A stretch of DNA of 64,000 nucleotides from NCBI GenBank assembly GCA_043228905.1, contig JBHGNT010000020.1:15252001-15316000 (forward strand), given 5' to 3'. Position 1 is the stretch's first letter. The number at the start of each line of letters is the position of its first letter. Under the pieces are notes generated by a model, which saw nothing but the letters and a program-made list of their open reading frames with translations, was not told the DNA's origin and made no database searches. This DNA comes from Azolla caroliniana (lineage: Eukaryota > Plantae > Polypodiophyta). Positions 11,871-24,629 of the stretch are shown here, one piece after another. The position numbers and the translations under genes are program-made.

Positions 11871-14800
11871 AGAGGGCTATCAAGGCGTGGGGCCGCGATA
11901 GTCTGGACACTCCGGGAAAACCCCACAAGTGTACGATAGCGAAGAAGACCTATACTATAAGTAGGAAATTTTGGTTCTCCGACAGCGGAGGGTGTACGAT
12001 AGTCGACGTTGTTGGGTGGAAGAAGAAAAGGGCGGAGGAGCGACTTCGGGCATGTGGTATCCTCGGCCTCGGAGAGGAAATCAATGGAGCCGTGGAGGCG
12101 GTCTCTTTCGACGATACCTTGGGGGAACTGCGAGAGGTAGTCGGAGGAGTCCTTAAAGAGGACCGGACGATTCCGGTATGTTCGGAAAGGATGTACGAAG
12201 TCATCGCGGACTTCAATAGAGGGCTCGATTCGGATCGGACGGCCCGGGTGGACACGAGGTACAAGACTGTGGACCGGAAGGTGAGGCCAGTCGCGGATCC
12301 CTTGCCGGAGGGCAACGAGTTGCGAATAAAAGGGGTTGCGTCGGACCCGAGTTTACGAAATCCAGCCCGCATAGGACACACGTTCACCGACATAACGCTA
12401 CGGGAGCTCAAGGTCGGTGGGGGCGGCTTCCTACTGCCAGCGGAGGAGGACCGGTTTCGGGGAATGCTCGGAAGGCACGGGAAGGCTTTCGCATTCTCAC
12501 CGGAGGAGATCGGGTGCATAGACCCGATAGTCGTGGAACCGATGGTGATATTCACGGTACCGCATGTGCCGTGGAGTCTCAAACCGATTCCAGTACCCAG
12601 AGCTCACATCCCGAAGCTGATGGAGCTGTTAAAGCAGAAGGTCGAGATGGGAGTCCTCGAACCGTCGAGTGCCCCATACTCGAATCGGTGGTTTACCGTG
12701 CCGAAGAAGGACGGCACGCTGCGCTTTATTCAAGACCTGCAGCCGGTCAACAAGGTGACCATTCGAAACGCAGGAATCGGACCAACAATAGACGAGTTCG
12801 CGGAGGCCTTCGCCGGAAGGTCGATTTACTCGGTCGGTGATCTCTACTCGGGGTACGATCAGTTCCAGCTAGCCATAGAGAGCAGAGACATCACGACAAT
12901 GCGAACTCCTCTCGGCCTAGTACGGATGTGTACCCTACCGCAAGGACGGACGAACTCGGTGGCTCACATGGTGAACGCAATGAACAAAGTGGTGAGGGAT
13001 TGTATCCCGGACATCACCATGCCTTTTTTGGACGACGTCCCGATCAAGGGATGCCCGGTGGAGGAAAGGGACGAGACAATCGGACCGGACGGGTGCCGGA
13101 AATTCGTGGCGACGCACATCGATGACTGCGAGAAGGTGCTGCAGAGGTTGGAGGGCGCGGGGCTCACCTTCTCCGGGGGAAAATCGGCCTTCGGGTAATC
13201 AGAGATCATGGTCGTCGAACACCTATGCGGGTCGTACAGCCGGAAACCGTCTCCGGCTAAGGTAGAAGCCATCTCCGCGATGAAGCACGACTGTAGGTCG
13301 GTCTCATAGGTTTAGAGGTTCTTGGGAGCATGCGCGTTCTACCACATATGGATCCTACATTACGCCCACATCACGGAGCCGTTATACGGGTTGCTGAAAA
13401 AGGGGCGAAAATTCGAGTGGAAAGATGAGCATACGGAGTCTGTCCAAAAGATGAAGGAAGCACTTGTCGCAGCTCCAGCGCTCTGAAAGGCTGTCTACGG
13501 AAAGGACACTCCAATTTACGTAACGATAGACACGAGTGAGACCGGGATCGGATGGGTCGTCAACCAAGAGGACGAGGACAGCATGCATTTCCCGATCCGG
13601 TTCGGCGCGAAGGTCCTCAGCGAGCGACAGTGAGGATACGCCCAAGTTAAACGCGAGCTCTGGGGTATCGTTTCGGCGGTAAAGGCCGATAAAGACTACC
13701 TAATCGGGACAGAGGTAATTATCAAGACGGACTGCCTGCCAATTCTTGGCATGGTTTCCGGATGCGCGACGCCGGACCTGGCAATGCTCAGGTGGATAGC
13801 GTACATCAAGTCCCTGAATCTGGAAATACGACACTTTCTTCGAGGCGGCTTACGTAACAACCAGCAGGGAATGCTCTCCAACGCTTAACGATTTCGACGA
13901 GAGCAAGTACAACGGGGAGTGGCTGCAGATCGGCGGGTTCCTGAAAACGATGACAACGGACGCGGCATGGACAAGGGATGAAGCCAACCAGATTCGGAAG
14001 AAAGCATACTGATTCTTCCTCCGGGACGGGTACATATGGAAGCACCCGAAGAAGAGGAACGACATCCCGCTCCAAGTGGTGGCGAAGAAGGAGGAACAGG
14101 AGGATTTGCTGGTGGCGTACCACGATACTCCTTGGGCTGGACACCGTGGAACGTGGGTCACGTTCGAAAAGCTAAAGGGTAAATGTTGGTGGCCGGGACT
14201 ATACCGGGACATGCATCGGTTCGTGACGACTTGCGAAAGCTGTCAGGTGCACTCCATGATCCGACACCGGGACGAGCTTCACCCGACCTACCCTCCGACC
14301 GTCCACTTCAAGTGGATGGTGGATTTGGTAACGATGCCAATGGAGGTAGGACAGATGCGGTATCTGGTGCTGGCTCGGGAGGATCTAACGAACCAGGTTG
14401 AAGGCCGAGCCTTGCAGAACAAGACGACTGCAGCCGTGTGCCGGTTTTTGATTGAGGACGTAGTATGTCGATACGGGTGCGTAGGGAAGATCGTGGCTGA
14501 CCGTGGTAAGTTGGACGCAGAAGAGGCTGAAGAGCTGTTCGACCGGCTAGGAGTCAAACTTTCGCTCACCACAGCGTACAATCCGGAGGCGAACGGGAAG
14601 GTGGAGCGCGGACACGGGCCAATTGTCAAAGCGCTAGTACGGGCGTGCGGAGGCCAAGTCGGGAACTGGCCACGGCTGCTACCTTATGCCTTGTGGGCGG
14701 ACCGGACTACGCACAGTTCGGTAACCGGGTTCATGCCGGTTGAGCTTATGTTCGGACAGAAGCCAATCATGCCAACAGAGCGAACAATCTCCTCGTGGGC

Positions 14801-15673
14801 CACGGTGGACTGGAGGGATGAGATGAGCCGGGAGGAACTGTTGGCGGCGCGGATTCGACAGCTCGAGCGGAGACCGGAGGACGTAGAGCGAACCACGGAG
14901 AAACTTCGGGTAGCGAGGATAAGGAACAAAGCCCGGTTCGGCCGAACACACCGGCTCCGGCCAGGGAAGATCGAGGAAGGCAACTGTTACCCGTTCCCTT
15001 GGGTGAACACCTTCGATAGATCTGCGTCTATCGGTCTTCAAGGGCGTGGTACGTGAAGGCTCGTACAGAGGCGTCGAGAGAGATACAGGGCCCAGAGAGA
15101 TACAGCGAGGTTTTGATAGGCGTGGCGGCGTGAAACTCCTAGATATAGATCGAAACACAGACTCATGTGGCAAAATAGGCACAAATAATATATATTACTA
15201 TGGCAGAAAAGGATTACAGAACACGGCCTATGGCCGGTGACCTTACAAGTTTATCTAATTCGAATGACTAATCTAGTGCTTCCGCCTATAATTTTCTTCT
15301 CTCTCTTTCTGAGGTACTGCTTCTCGTTTAAATAACTTTTCCACTAACACACAACCGAGCCATCGGTGGCCCGTGATACTCGGACTCGGCGTTTGCTAAT
15401 TTCCTAATTTTACATTTCTGTCCTCTGGACAACACCTGGCACGCCCGTGGGACAGGACCTTGTCCGTCGGACCCACGACTTACAAAATACTACAATATTA
15501 CAAAAATTGCCTTTTAGGCGTGATCCTCGTTTCATTCCTCCTTTAAGATGTCGAGGATGCTTTCAGGGTCCGTGGTGGTGGCAGGATGGTCTGGTTGGAC
15601 TGTCGGTGCGGGGGGTTGAGTTTGGTCCGGGGGGTGGCATATCTTCTCGGGCGTCCGCCTCGGGTGCGGCCGA

Positions 15674-18628
15674 TTATTCTGGTGGGGGTGTGGGTTCATG
15701 GGCGCTGGCCTCTCCTCCGAGAGGCTCTGGTACCGTGAGGACGTCCATGGGATGTTTGTTGGCCGGGGCAAGTTCCTCCTGTGCCGTGTCCGTGATCTCC
15801 TCGCTGGGAGGTTCTTCTTTCTGCTCTGTGTCCGTTGGAGGGCTGGTGGGGATGGCTGCGAGTTGTTCTCGTTCGAAGGCTTCTGCTTCCAGGCGAAACA
15901 GCATCTGACCGTCATTGAAGTCCTCCATTATTTGCTCGATTGCCGCGGTGTGAGATTTTGCCAAGGACTGGTAATCCTCAGTTAAATCTGCACGCAGATT
16001 TTGAATGCTGGTTTCGTCCATTTTGTAGAAGCCGCGGCCCTCCTTCCGTCGGTTCTCGGCGTCGACGCGTAAAATATGCAATTCGGCAGCTTGGGTTGCC
16101 CATTCGTCTCCTGCGCGACTTAATGTTTCCTCGACCTTTTTGGTAAGGTGTTGGCGTTGTTTCTCGAGCAGTATGCGGATGCGTGTCTCATCCATGTCGG
16201 GCTGTGCTCGAATGGCTGCTAATTCCTGTTTTAAGCCGTCGACCTCGGCCTGAATCTTCTGTGTCTTTAGCTCATAGATGGTCTAACTGTTCTTTGCATC
16301 CGCGGTTACGAGCTGGAGAGCCTGCTCGTAACGCTTGGTGAGTTCTTCGATGGCCTGCTCCCGTTCTTTCTGACACATGGCCCGGATTTGTTCCCGTTCG
16401 ACGATTCTCTCTTCTTGTAGGGCGACGTAGGAATTTGATAAGGCCTCTTTTTGCTCGGAAAGTAGCTTGTACTTGATGAAAAACTCGTCAGCCATCTCTT
16501 TAAGAGTCGTATGCTGACTCTGCAGCTCGGCATTCTCCGCGTTCATCCTCTCCTCCCGTTCGCGATTCCTTTCCTCCTGCCGCTGGTTCCAGTCGTGGGC
16601 ATTGTCGAGCGTAGCCTATAGGTCTTGAACCTCCGTCTCTTTCTTTACTACTGTGACTGCGTATTCCTCCAGCTTGCTTTTGAGTTCGGCTTCCTTGGCC
16701 GCGGCTTGCGCTTGTACCCGGCCCAATGCTTCGTGCTGCTCGTGTATCCTTTGGTTGGCCTGGGCTCTTATCTCGGCCATCTGCTTGGAAGCTTCTTCTT
16801 TTAGGCGAGCCATCGCCTCTTGATGTCATTCCTCGTGTCTCTCGGTTCGCCGTTGTTCTTCTTTAAGCTCCGCACGGTAATCCCGGAGCGGAGGTTCTGT
16901 CTGGGTTGCCACCTCCTTGGTTGCACGTGGTGCGGGTAGTTCGGTTTGCTCCACGGCCGTGGCCACCTCGGTTGTTGTGCAAGCATCGACCATTTGTAAC
17001 GAGTCCGTTTGTGTACTGGCCTGCACCTTCAGGATAGAGTCGGTGATGGTGCTTTTATCCATCATCGTTATGCGTGGAGGTGTTGGGAGGGCCTCGGTGG
17101 TCGTTACTGGAAGGCTCGGGACTTGTTGTTCCAGCCGGTTTTGCTCCCAGGCTGCCATCTTCTGGTTCGCAGCGTGCCATAGTTTTGTAGCCATCGTAGC
17201 CTATTTTTGGGCTACTTTTATCTTTCGGGCCATGTCTTTGGCTGCCCGCGTAGTGCGATCCAGGTCCCGATATGCCTCGATATGGGCCGTGTTCAACTCG
17301 GGGACCTCCATGAGGAGAGCGGCCTGTTTTGCTTGCTTCTTCCTCCCGATTTTTTGTAAAGTCCTGTCCTCCTGGGGCTCAATTTCACCTATTAGCGCGC
17401 GTTGAACCATTTTTGTTTCGGCGTGCTCTTCTGCCATCCGAGCGGCTGGCGCGACTTGGGCTCTGCGAGGAAGTCGACCAGCTCGAATGACGTACCGAGG
17501 CGGAGGAGCACACTAAATTCGTAAGCCTCCACAGGGAGGTCCTTATACCCGAGGACTTCATCCTCCGAGATCTGGGTTGTTTGCCCATGCTCGATCGTTC
17601 CCTGGTTCAGCGATGCCTCTGCAGGGGTGATAGCCAGGTTGCTCTGTCTGATCACTAAGGATTGCTCCTGATGTGGCTCCTTCTGTTCTTCCGAGGACTC
17701 ATAGTTGAGTCGTCTTCTTTTGCTTGGCTGTGGTTGGGGTTCCGGGCCCGGTAGTGTCGTTTCCTCCGCCTCCTTCCTTTTCTGGGGTCGTGGTGGTGCA
17801 ACCTGCTGCGTGTTGGGGCGTGGGCTAGGTCCTGGGGATGTTACCGAGGGGTGCGACGTTGCCTGTCGAATGGTGACGTCATCGGTCGTGTTGTCTGCCG
17901 CGGCTTCCTCCCCCTCCCATTCTTGGCAGGTCTCGGACACTACCCTTTTTTGTTGGGGTTGGGCTGGTGGTGGAGCAGATGCGGGTTTCTGGTCGGCGGC
18001 AGGGGGTGAAGGCGATGTGGGCTCCTCCCATGCTTCGTGGCTGATGGCCACGAATTTCTCACTCTGCCTCCGTGGTGGTGGTGGGGACGTGAGTGCGCGA
18101 GGGGAAGGAAGCGAAGAGGGTGGGTATAGCACCATCAAAAAGTGGGTAAGAACAGACAACATTTTCTTACCGGACTGAAATGAAGCTAAGGCGGCGTGGA
18201 ATCCTTCGCTCGTGATGATTCCCCAATCGATTCTGTTTCCTTCATAAGTGCTTATGATGATGGCCGCCTTGTTCTGCAGCATGCTCATTGGGTTCGTATG
18301 CACGAACGCATACTCCATCAAGATACGAGCAATTTCCCTGAAAGCTTTGTTGGGCCCGCCATACGTACGATATGCCTTCCCTGTGGCTGAGTACTCACCG
18401 AAGTACGCCTTCATCTTGGATGCCGGGGGTATGTCGACCTCATGGTCCCCTCCTCGTTGCAGGTCCAAAACAGCCCGAAGCACGTTGTTGGTGATGGCTT
18501 CGGGACTTATACGTTTCGCCACAGTTTGGGCATCTGGGTGCGCAGGGGGCATCGATGATCTTCAAATAACCGCCCATTCCTCGTTCCTGGAGCCAGGCGC
18601 GGGTTTCTGTTGAGGCGGTAAGAGGCAT
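15674..18628 (-). pseudogene. Disrupted ~980-codon accessory ORF of family B: globular N-terminal domain, Pro-rich linker, long coiled coil
   Basis: ORF pieces 18440-18814, 17392-18552, 17201-17437, 16826-17194, 16616-16813, 16283-16546 and 15674-16195; the last five share one frame separated by single stops; ..NRIDWG.. motif; E/K/Q/A-rich C-terminal half. Confidence 0.75.
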
Positions 18629-19147
18629 GGTGGAGATTGAGGCTGGGTTCGACTGTGTGGAAGCGTGAAGCAAAGTGATGAGGCGAGGGCGATCCACAAG
18701 AGGGACAGCAGAAAGGGGAAGTCCAGCAGAGAGGTTATGAGAGCGGAAGAGGGCTTGAGAGCAAGAGCGCTTCGCGTTTTGAGAGCGAGATGGGGTTTCT
18801 GATCTCGAGAGCAATGAAGATGGAGAGCGATAATGGTTTGTGCTGCGTTTTGGAAACGGTTTTGGGAACTTATTCCTAGGGTTTTGTGCCTACAGCGAAT
18901 CCTGAAGATTCTGAGTCGTGGGTGCCATAATAAGTGACTAGCACCACGTGTCCTGAAGGTGAGTGGAGTGCTTCTAGTGTGCTTTGCATGTGGTTTGCAT
19001 GTGTGAACAGCTTAAATAGGCACTAACTGAGTGGTGGCGAGGGGTGGAGCATAGAGAGTTGAAAGTAACTTGAACTAAGAGTGGAAGTGAGGGGTGCTCC
19101 TAACGTTGTGGTGCCTAGGTGGGTGGTGTAGGTGTAGCTAAACAGTG

Positions 19148-22100
19148 TGTAGAAAGTAGCGTGCGGAAGCAAGTATGAAGACAGAACAGAGGAAGGAAAC
19201 TCAGGTTCAATGGAGAGCTTATGCTTACACGGTATACGCGGGAGAGACAAAGAGAGAAACACAAAAAACTATATTCCACAGTAATACTCAATCTCTATAT
19301 ATAAGACGTGCTCAGTGAACACTTTTATACAAGCCCTAGAAGGACTGACCGAAGTACTGACAGTACTTCAATGCTCATCAAGAGCCCCTACACTAACTCC
19401 CAAATATATTCCTCACAGAATATCTTTCCTAACGATCTCCCGGTTTACGCACTCGGCCTAACCGATCGGTCCCAACCGATCCGGTCCTCGGCTTCTTCAG
19501 CCGATCCGGCCGATGTTGAGCTTGTCTCTCAACACTCCCCCTCAAGCTCAACTTGAGGCTCTTCAGGATCTTCACAGCACCGGTTCCTCCTGGCTTCTCG
19601 CCTCGCTCGCGCTCCTCGACCTATTCGACTCTGCGCGCTTCGACCCTTCCGGTCGGCTTGTCTGCTCATGTGGCCCTCATCAGCTCTTCTATTGTTGCAG
19701 TGTTGACGCTTCTTCTGCTGCCTTTTCTTCCGCTTGGGCCTCGGTTGATTCAGCTTGTCTGAATCAAACATCCGAACCGACTCGGCTACCTCCGATCGGT
19801 TTTCCCTCTCGTCCGAGTTGGCTGTCTCCAACTCGTCTTCGGTCTTCTCGCCCTCGATGGCGTCATCTTCCCCATGTGTGGTTGGCTTTGGCTCTCTCCT
19901 TCTGTTGCTCCCCTTCTGTCCTCTTCCGAACTTTTTCACAGGTCCGCCCTCGGCTTCTTCAACCGATCCGAAGTCGCCCTCGGCTTCTTCAGCCGATCCG
20001 TCTTCAACCGAGTCAACAAACGAGTCAACCGATTCGGTGTCATGGTCACCGCTCCTTTCCTGCTGCCTTGCTTGGTCGTTCGGGACTGTTCTCCCCCTCA
20101 AGTTTGGCACGTCGAGGTGACGCAACCCGAGCACACCTGAGAATTGCCGCAACTTGTCCAGACCAAGAGGCTTTGTGAAGATGTCGGCAGTCTGCCGATC
20201 CGTCGAAACGTACTGAAGTTCGACTTCACCGGAAAGGACACGCTCACGGACGAAATGGTAGTGCACCTCAATGTGCTTGGTCCGTGCGTGGAAGACAGGG
20301 TTCTTCACAAGTTGGATGTTGCTGAGGTTGTCGCAGTAGATCGTCGTTGGATCGGACACCTCCTCTTGCAGGTCCTTAAGTAGCCGCTTCAACCACATGG
20401 CTTCGCATGTCGCAACAACCGCTCCTAGGTACTCAGCTTCGGTGCTCGACAGTGCAACTGTCCGCTGCTTCTTACTGCTCCATGCGATCGCGGCACTCCC
20501 GAGGGAGAACGCGTATCCAGACGTGGATCAGCGATCGGCGGCATTGCCAGCCCAATCAGCATCAGTGTAGCCGACTAACTGTGTAGCTGCACCGGTCCGA
20601 TATAGCAGTCTGCGGTCCTTCGTGCCGCTTACCTACTGAAGTATGCGTTGCGCACACTGAAGGTGCTCCTCGGTAGGTCGCACCATGAACTGATTGATCA
20701 CCCCGACCGGATAACTGAGGTCGGGTTGGGTGATGGTCAAGTATATGAGGCTTCCGACAATTTGTTGGAACCTCGTCGGGTCGCATACCTTTCCCGTATC
20801 AGGACGAAGCTTGACGTTTTTGTCCAGAGGAGTCGAGATGGACTTACAGTCGGCCATCCCGAGTTTGAAGAGCATACTCAGCACGTAGTGACGTTGGCTG
20901 ATCAATATGCCTTCGGGGGTACGGATCACTTCGATCCCGAGGAAGTAGTGAAGGTCTCCCAAATCCTTCATGTCGAACGATGCTGCAAGTTGGAGCTTCA
21001 CGCGGTCGATTTCACCTAGGTCGGCGCCGGTGATGACCAAGTCATCAACATACAGTAAAATAGTAACCGGTCCGAGTCGACCTTTCCGGATGAACAGGGA
21101 AGAGTCCGATTTTGACGTGACGAAGCCCATCCGACGCAGTTGTTGCGTGATCTTCGCGTTCCAGGCATGCAGGGCTTGCTTCAGTCCGTAAAGGGACTTC
21201 TTCGGTCGGCATACTGCCGAGTTCGTTCAGGAGTGAAATCCGGGGGGCTGTACCATGTACACCTATTCCTCAAGGTCACCTTGCAGGAACGCATTCTTTA
21301 CATCCATCTGATGTAAGTGCCACCCCTTCACCGTGGCTACTGCGAGCAAAACACAGACGGTCGTCATTTTCGCGACCGGCGCAAACGTCTCATCATAGTC
21401 GATGCCATGTTTCTGCGCATAGCCCTTTGCCACCAGCCGAGCCTTGTACCGGTTGACCGAACCATCGGTGTTGTACTTGACTTTGTACACCCATCTACAC
21501 CCGATCGACTTCACACCCTTCGGTGTGTCAACCAGGTCCCAGGTCTCGTTCTCTGCCAATGCGTGCATCTCTTCCTCCATCGCGGCACGCCAATTTGCGT
21601 CTTTCGCTGCGTCTGCGTAGCTCTCCGGCTCACGCACTTCCGCTACACGGGTCATGTACGCATAATGATGCGCCATGTACTCGTTGTATCCGAACCGCAC
21701 AACTGGGTTCTTCTGGCGGGTAGATCGGCGTAATCTCACATTAGCCGATGTCGAGGCCTTCTCGGTCGACGCGATCTTCACCTTTAAAGACCCGTCACCG
21801 GTTCCCTCGGAGTCGAACTCGCGTCGGTCTGACTCGTTCCTTTCCGTGCCAGAATCCGACACCTTCTTCTTCCCTTTCTCCTTGCGCGTAAGCCGTCTCC
21901 TCGGCTTCCTGCGCGGGGAATGCATGGCCGAGTCTCCACTACTCGCCAACTCCTCATCGGACTGGTCGTACCGACTCAGTCGTCCAATCGGTCCACTTAA
22001 CCGGAGTGAAATCGGACTCTCTTCGCGGGTCTCGATTTCTGGCTCATCCGGAGGCATCTCAGCCTCGCTGACCTCATCGTCAGAACTCGTATTGGAGTCA

Positions 22101-23355
22101 GGGTTCCGAGGCGAGGGCAGGTACCAGGACGCGGACTCGTCAAACACAACGTGGCGGCTGACATGCGCTTGTTTGGTGCGAGGGTTATAGCACTTATAAC
22201 CCTTCTGCTCGTCCGAGTAACCGACCAAGATGCACTTCTCGACCTTTGCGTCCAGCTTCCTCCTTTTCTCCTTCGGTACATGCAGATACGCAATGCTACT
22301 GAACACCCTCAAGTGTCGCAAGTTCGGCTTCGTTCCGAAATATAGCTCGTGCGCCAACACTTTGTCTCCAATCCGGTTCTGGATGTATACCGCGGTCCTT
22401 ACCGCCTCGGCCCAGTAGAACTTGGGCAAGCTCTTCTTCTCCAGCACTGCCCGTGCCGCTTCCACAACTGACCGATTCTTTCTCTCGGCCACGCCGTTCT
22501 GCTCTGGCGTGTATCTACAACTGAATTCGCGCCGAATTCCCATTTGTTGTAGGTAACCGTTGAATTGACCGGAAAAGTACTCTTTCCCGCCATCCGACCG
22601 CAAGCACTTGATCTTTCGTCCTGTTTCAGCTTCCACGAACCCTTTGAGGTCCCGGAAACAGTCGAAGACTTCACTCTTCCTCTCAATGAGGTAGATCCAC
22701 GTGTGCCGCGTGTGGTTATCGATGAAGGAGACAAAATATCAGCTCCCGCCAAGACTAACATTTTGTGCCGGTCCCCACACATCGGAGTGTATAGGTCGAG
22801 ATTACTCCGACTCCAGTTTCGCTCGTTGGGGAAGGGAAGTCGGTGTTGCTTCCCGAGCTGGCAGGCTTCACAAATTTGTGCATTTCGGCCACTAAATTTG
22901 GGCAATCCGAATACTACCTGTTTCGATTGCAGATCTTGAAGCCGTTGGTGGTTGACATGGCCTATCCGCTTGTGCCACAAGTCAATGTCCGACTCGGTCT
23001 TTTGTCCCTTTGTGAACATTGCGGTGCCGCCGTCAGTGGAGTCGAGGATGAACATCCTCCCGTCTCTGCGCCCTTGCGCAATCACACGGCCTTCTTCCTC
23101 AATGAAGCACCCGAGGTGTGTAAACCGAACCTCCATCCCTTGGTCGACGATCTGTCCGACCGAGACCAAGTTCTTCGTGATTGTCGAAACGTGCAACACG
23201 TTCTTGAGTTTCCCTTTTTGCCCGACATGGCTAAGGGGAACTTTTCCGACATTCACGATCGGATGCGGACTGTCGTCTCTTGTTGCGACTACTCCCGGTT
23301 GTATCGGTTTTTCAATGTACGAGAACCACTCCTTATGGCTCGTCATGTGATTGGT
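19148..23355 (-). mobile_element. 5'-truncated Ty1/copia element (part of PR, IN, RT, RH, 3' LTR 19148-19534)
   Basis: NHMTSHKEWF, LWHKRIGH..CEAC, RSDGGKEY, EQNGVAER, KARLVAKG, QMDVKNAFL, LYVDDL, HARTKHIEVHYHF; PPT GAGGGGGAG next to the LTR. Confidence 0.92.
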
Positions 23356-24059
23356 CAGTGACCGCCAAGTCGGAAGTTCCTTCGACTGGCTCAGGGCATC
23401 GGGCAGGTGGCCGAGACCTCGTGGTGCGAGAGTGCACCGTAACGGCGGTTGGTGGTTACCTTCAACGAAGTTCACTGTGCACTCACAACTGTAACCGGGC
23501 ATGCCAACTTGTGTTACCCGTTCCCTTGGGTGAACACCTTCAATAGATCTGCGTCTATCGGTCTTCAAGGGCGTGGTACGTGAAGGCTCGTACAGAGGTG
23601 TCGAGAGAGATACAGGGCCCAGAGAGAAAACACTAGCGAGGTTTTGATAGGCGTGGCGGCGTGAAACTCCTAGATATAGATCGAAACACAGACTCATGCA
23701 GCAAAATAGGCACAAATAAGATATATTACTATGGCAGAAAAGGATTACAGAACACGGCCTATGGCCGGTGACCTTACAAGTTTATCTAATTCGAATGACT
23801 AATCTAGTGTTTCCGCCTATAATTTTCTTCTCTCTCTTTCTGAGGTACTGCTTCTCGTTTAAATAACTTTTCCACTAACACACAGCCGAGCCATCGGTGG
23901 CCCGTGATACTCGGACTCGGCGTTTGCTAATTTCCTAATTTTACATTTCTGTCCTCTAGACAACAGCGACTGGGTGCTAGTCTACGACAGCAGCCTCGAC
24001 AATCAGCACAAGGCCACGCGGAAGTTTGCGAGGAGGTGGTTCGGGCCTTACGTAGTAAC

Positions 24060-24629
24060 AGGCGCCAACGGCAATGGGACGTACCATCTCGCAGAGCTCG
24101 ACGGTACGAGAATGGCGATACCGGTAGCAGGGAAGAGGATCAAAGTGTTCAAGAAACGACACGATCGTGAGCCGGAGCTAGGGAGCATGGACAGCAACGA
24201 CGAGCAGCCCGAGGCGGAGGATGAACCGGTAAACGAGGAATAAAAGCAAGGATCGGTTTTCTCCCGTAGCAACCCAATTTTGGCGCATACCGGTGGATGC
24301 GCGGTTAGGTGGGGGCGGATATCGTGAAGAAAACCGTCCCCAGGAGGCGCCAACGGCAATGGGACGTACCATCTCGCAGAGCTCGACGGTACGAGAATGG
24401 CAATACCAGTAGCAGGGAAGAGGATCAAAGCGTTCAAGAAACGACACGATCGTGAGCCGGAGCTAGGGAGCATGGACAGCAACGACGAGCAGCCCGAGGT
24501 GGAGGATGAACCGGTAAACAAGGAATAAAAGCAAGGATCGGTTTTCTCTCGTAGCAACCCAATTTTGGCGCATACCGGTGGATGCGCGGTTAGGTAGGGG
24601 CGGATATCGTGAAGAAAACCGTCCCCAGG
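24060..24629 (+). repeat. 285-bp tandem duplication of integrase end, PPT and first 25 bp of the 3' LTR
   Basis: Units 24060-24344 and 24345-24629; AGGCGC microhomology between integrase and LTR sequence at the junction. Confidence 0.92.

Larger units (their letters stand above)
14985..23965 (-). mobile_element. Non-autonomous LTR element, family B (tRNA-Arg sites; Tat/Ogre-like by inference), no gag-pol
   Basis: Near-identical LTRs 14985-15434 and 23512-23965 (TG..CA); TSD GCAAC/GCGAC; tRNA-Arg-like sites at 15437-15453 and 23494-23506. Strand is inferred from a TATTTAAA box and ORF direction and is not certain. Confidence 0.9.
11864..24243 (+). pseudogene. pol: RT-RNase H-integrase of family A with stops; split by insertion 14985-23965
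   Basis: DLYSGYDQ, PQGRTNS, FLDDVPIKG; integrase H..H..C..C, WMVDLV, ADRG, EANGKVER; reading resumes exactly (IEEG|DWVLVYD..WFGPY) after 23965. Confidence 0.9.
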
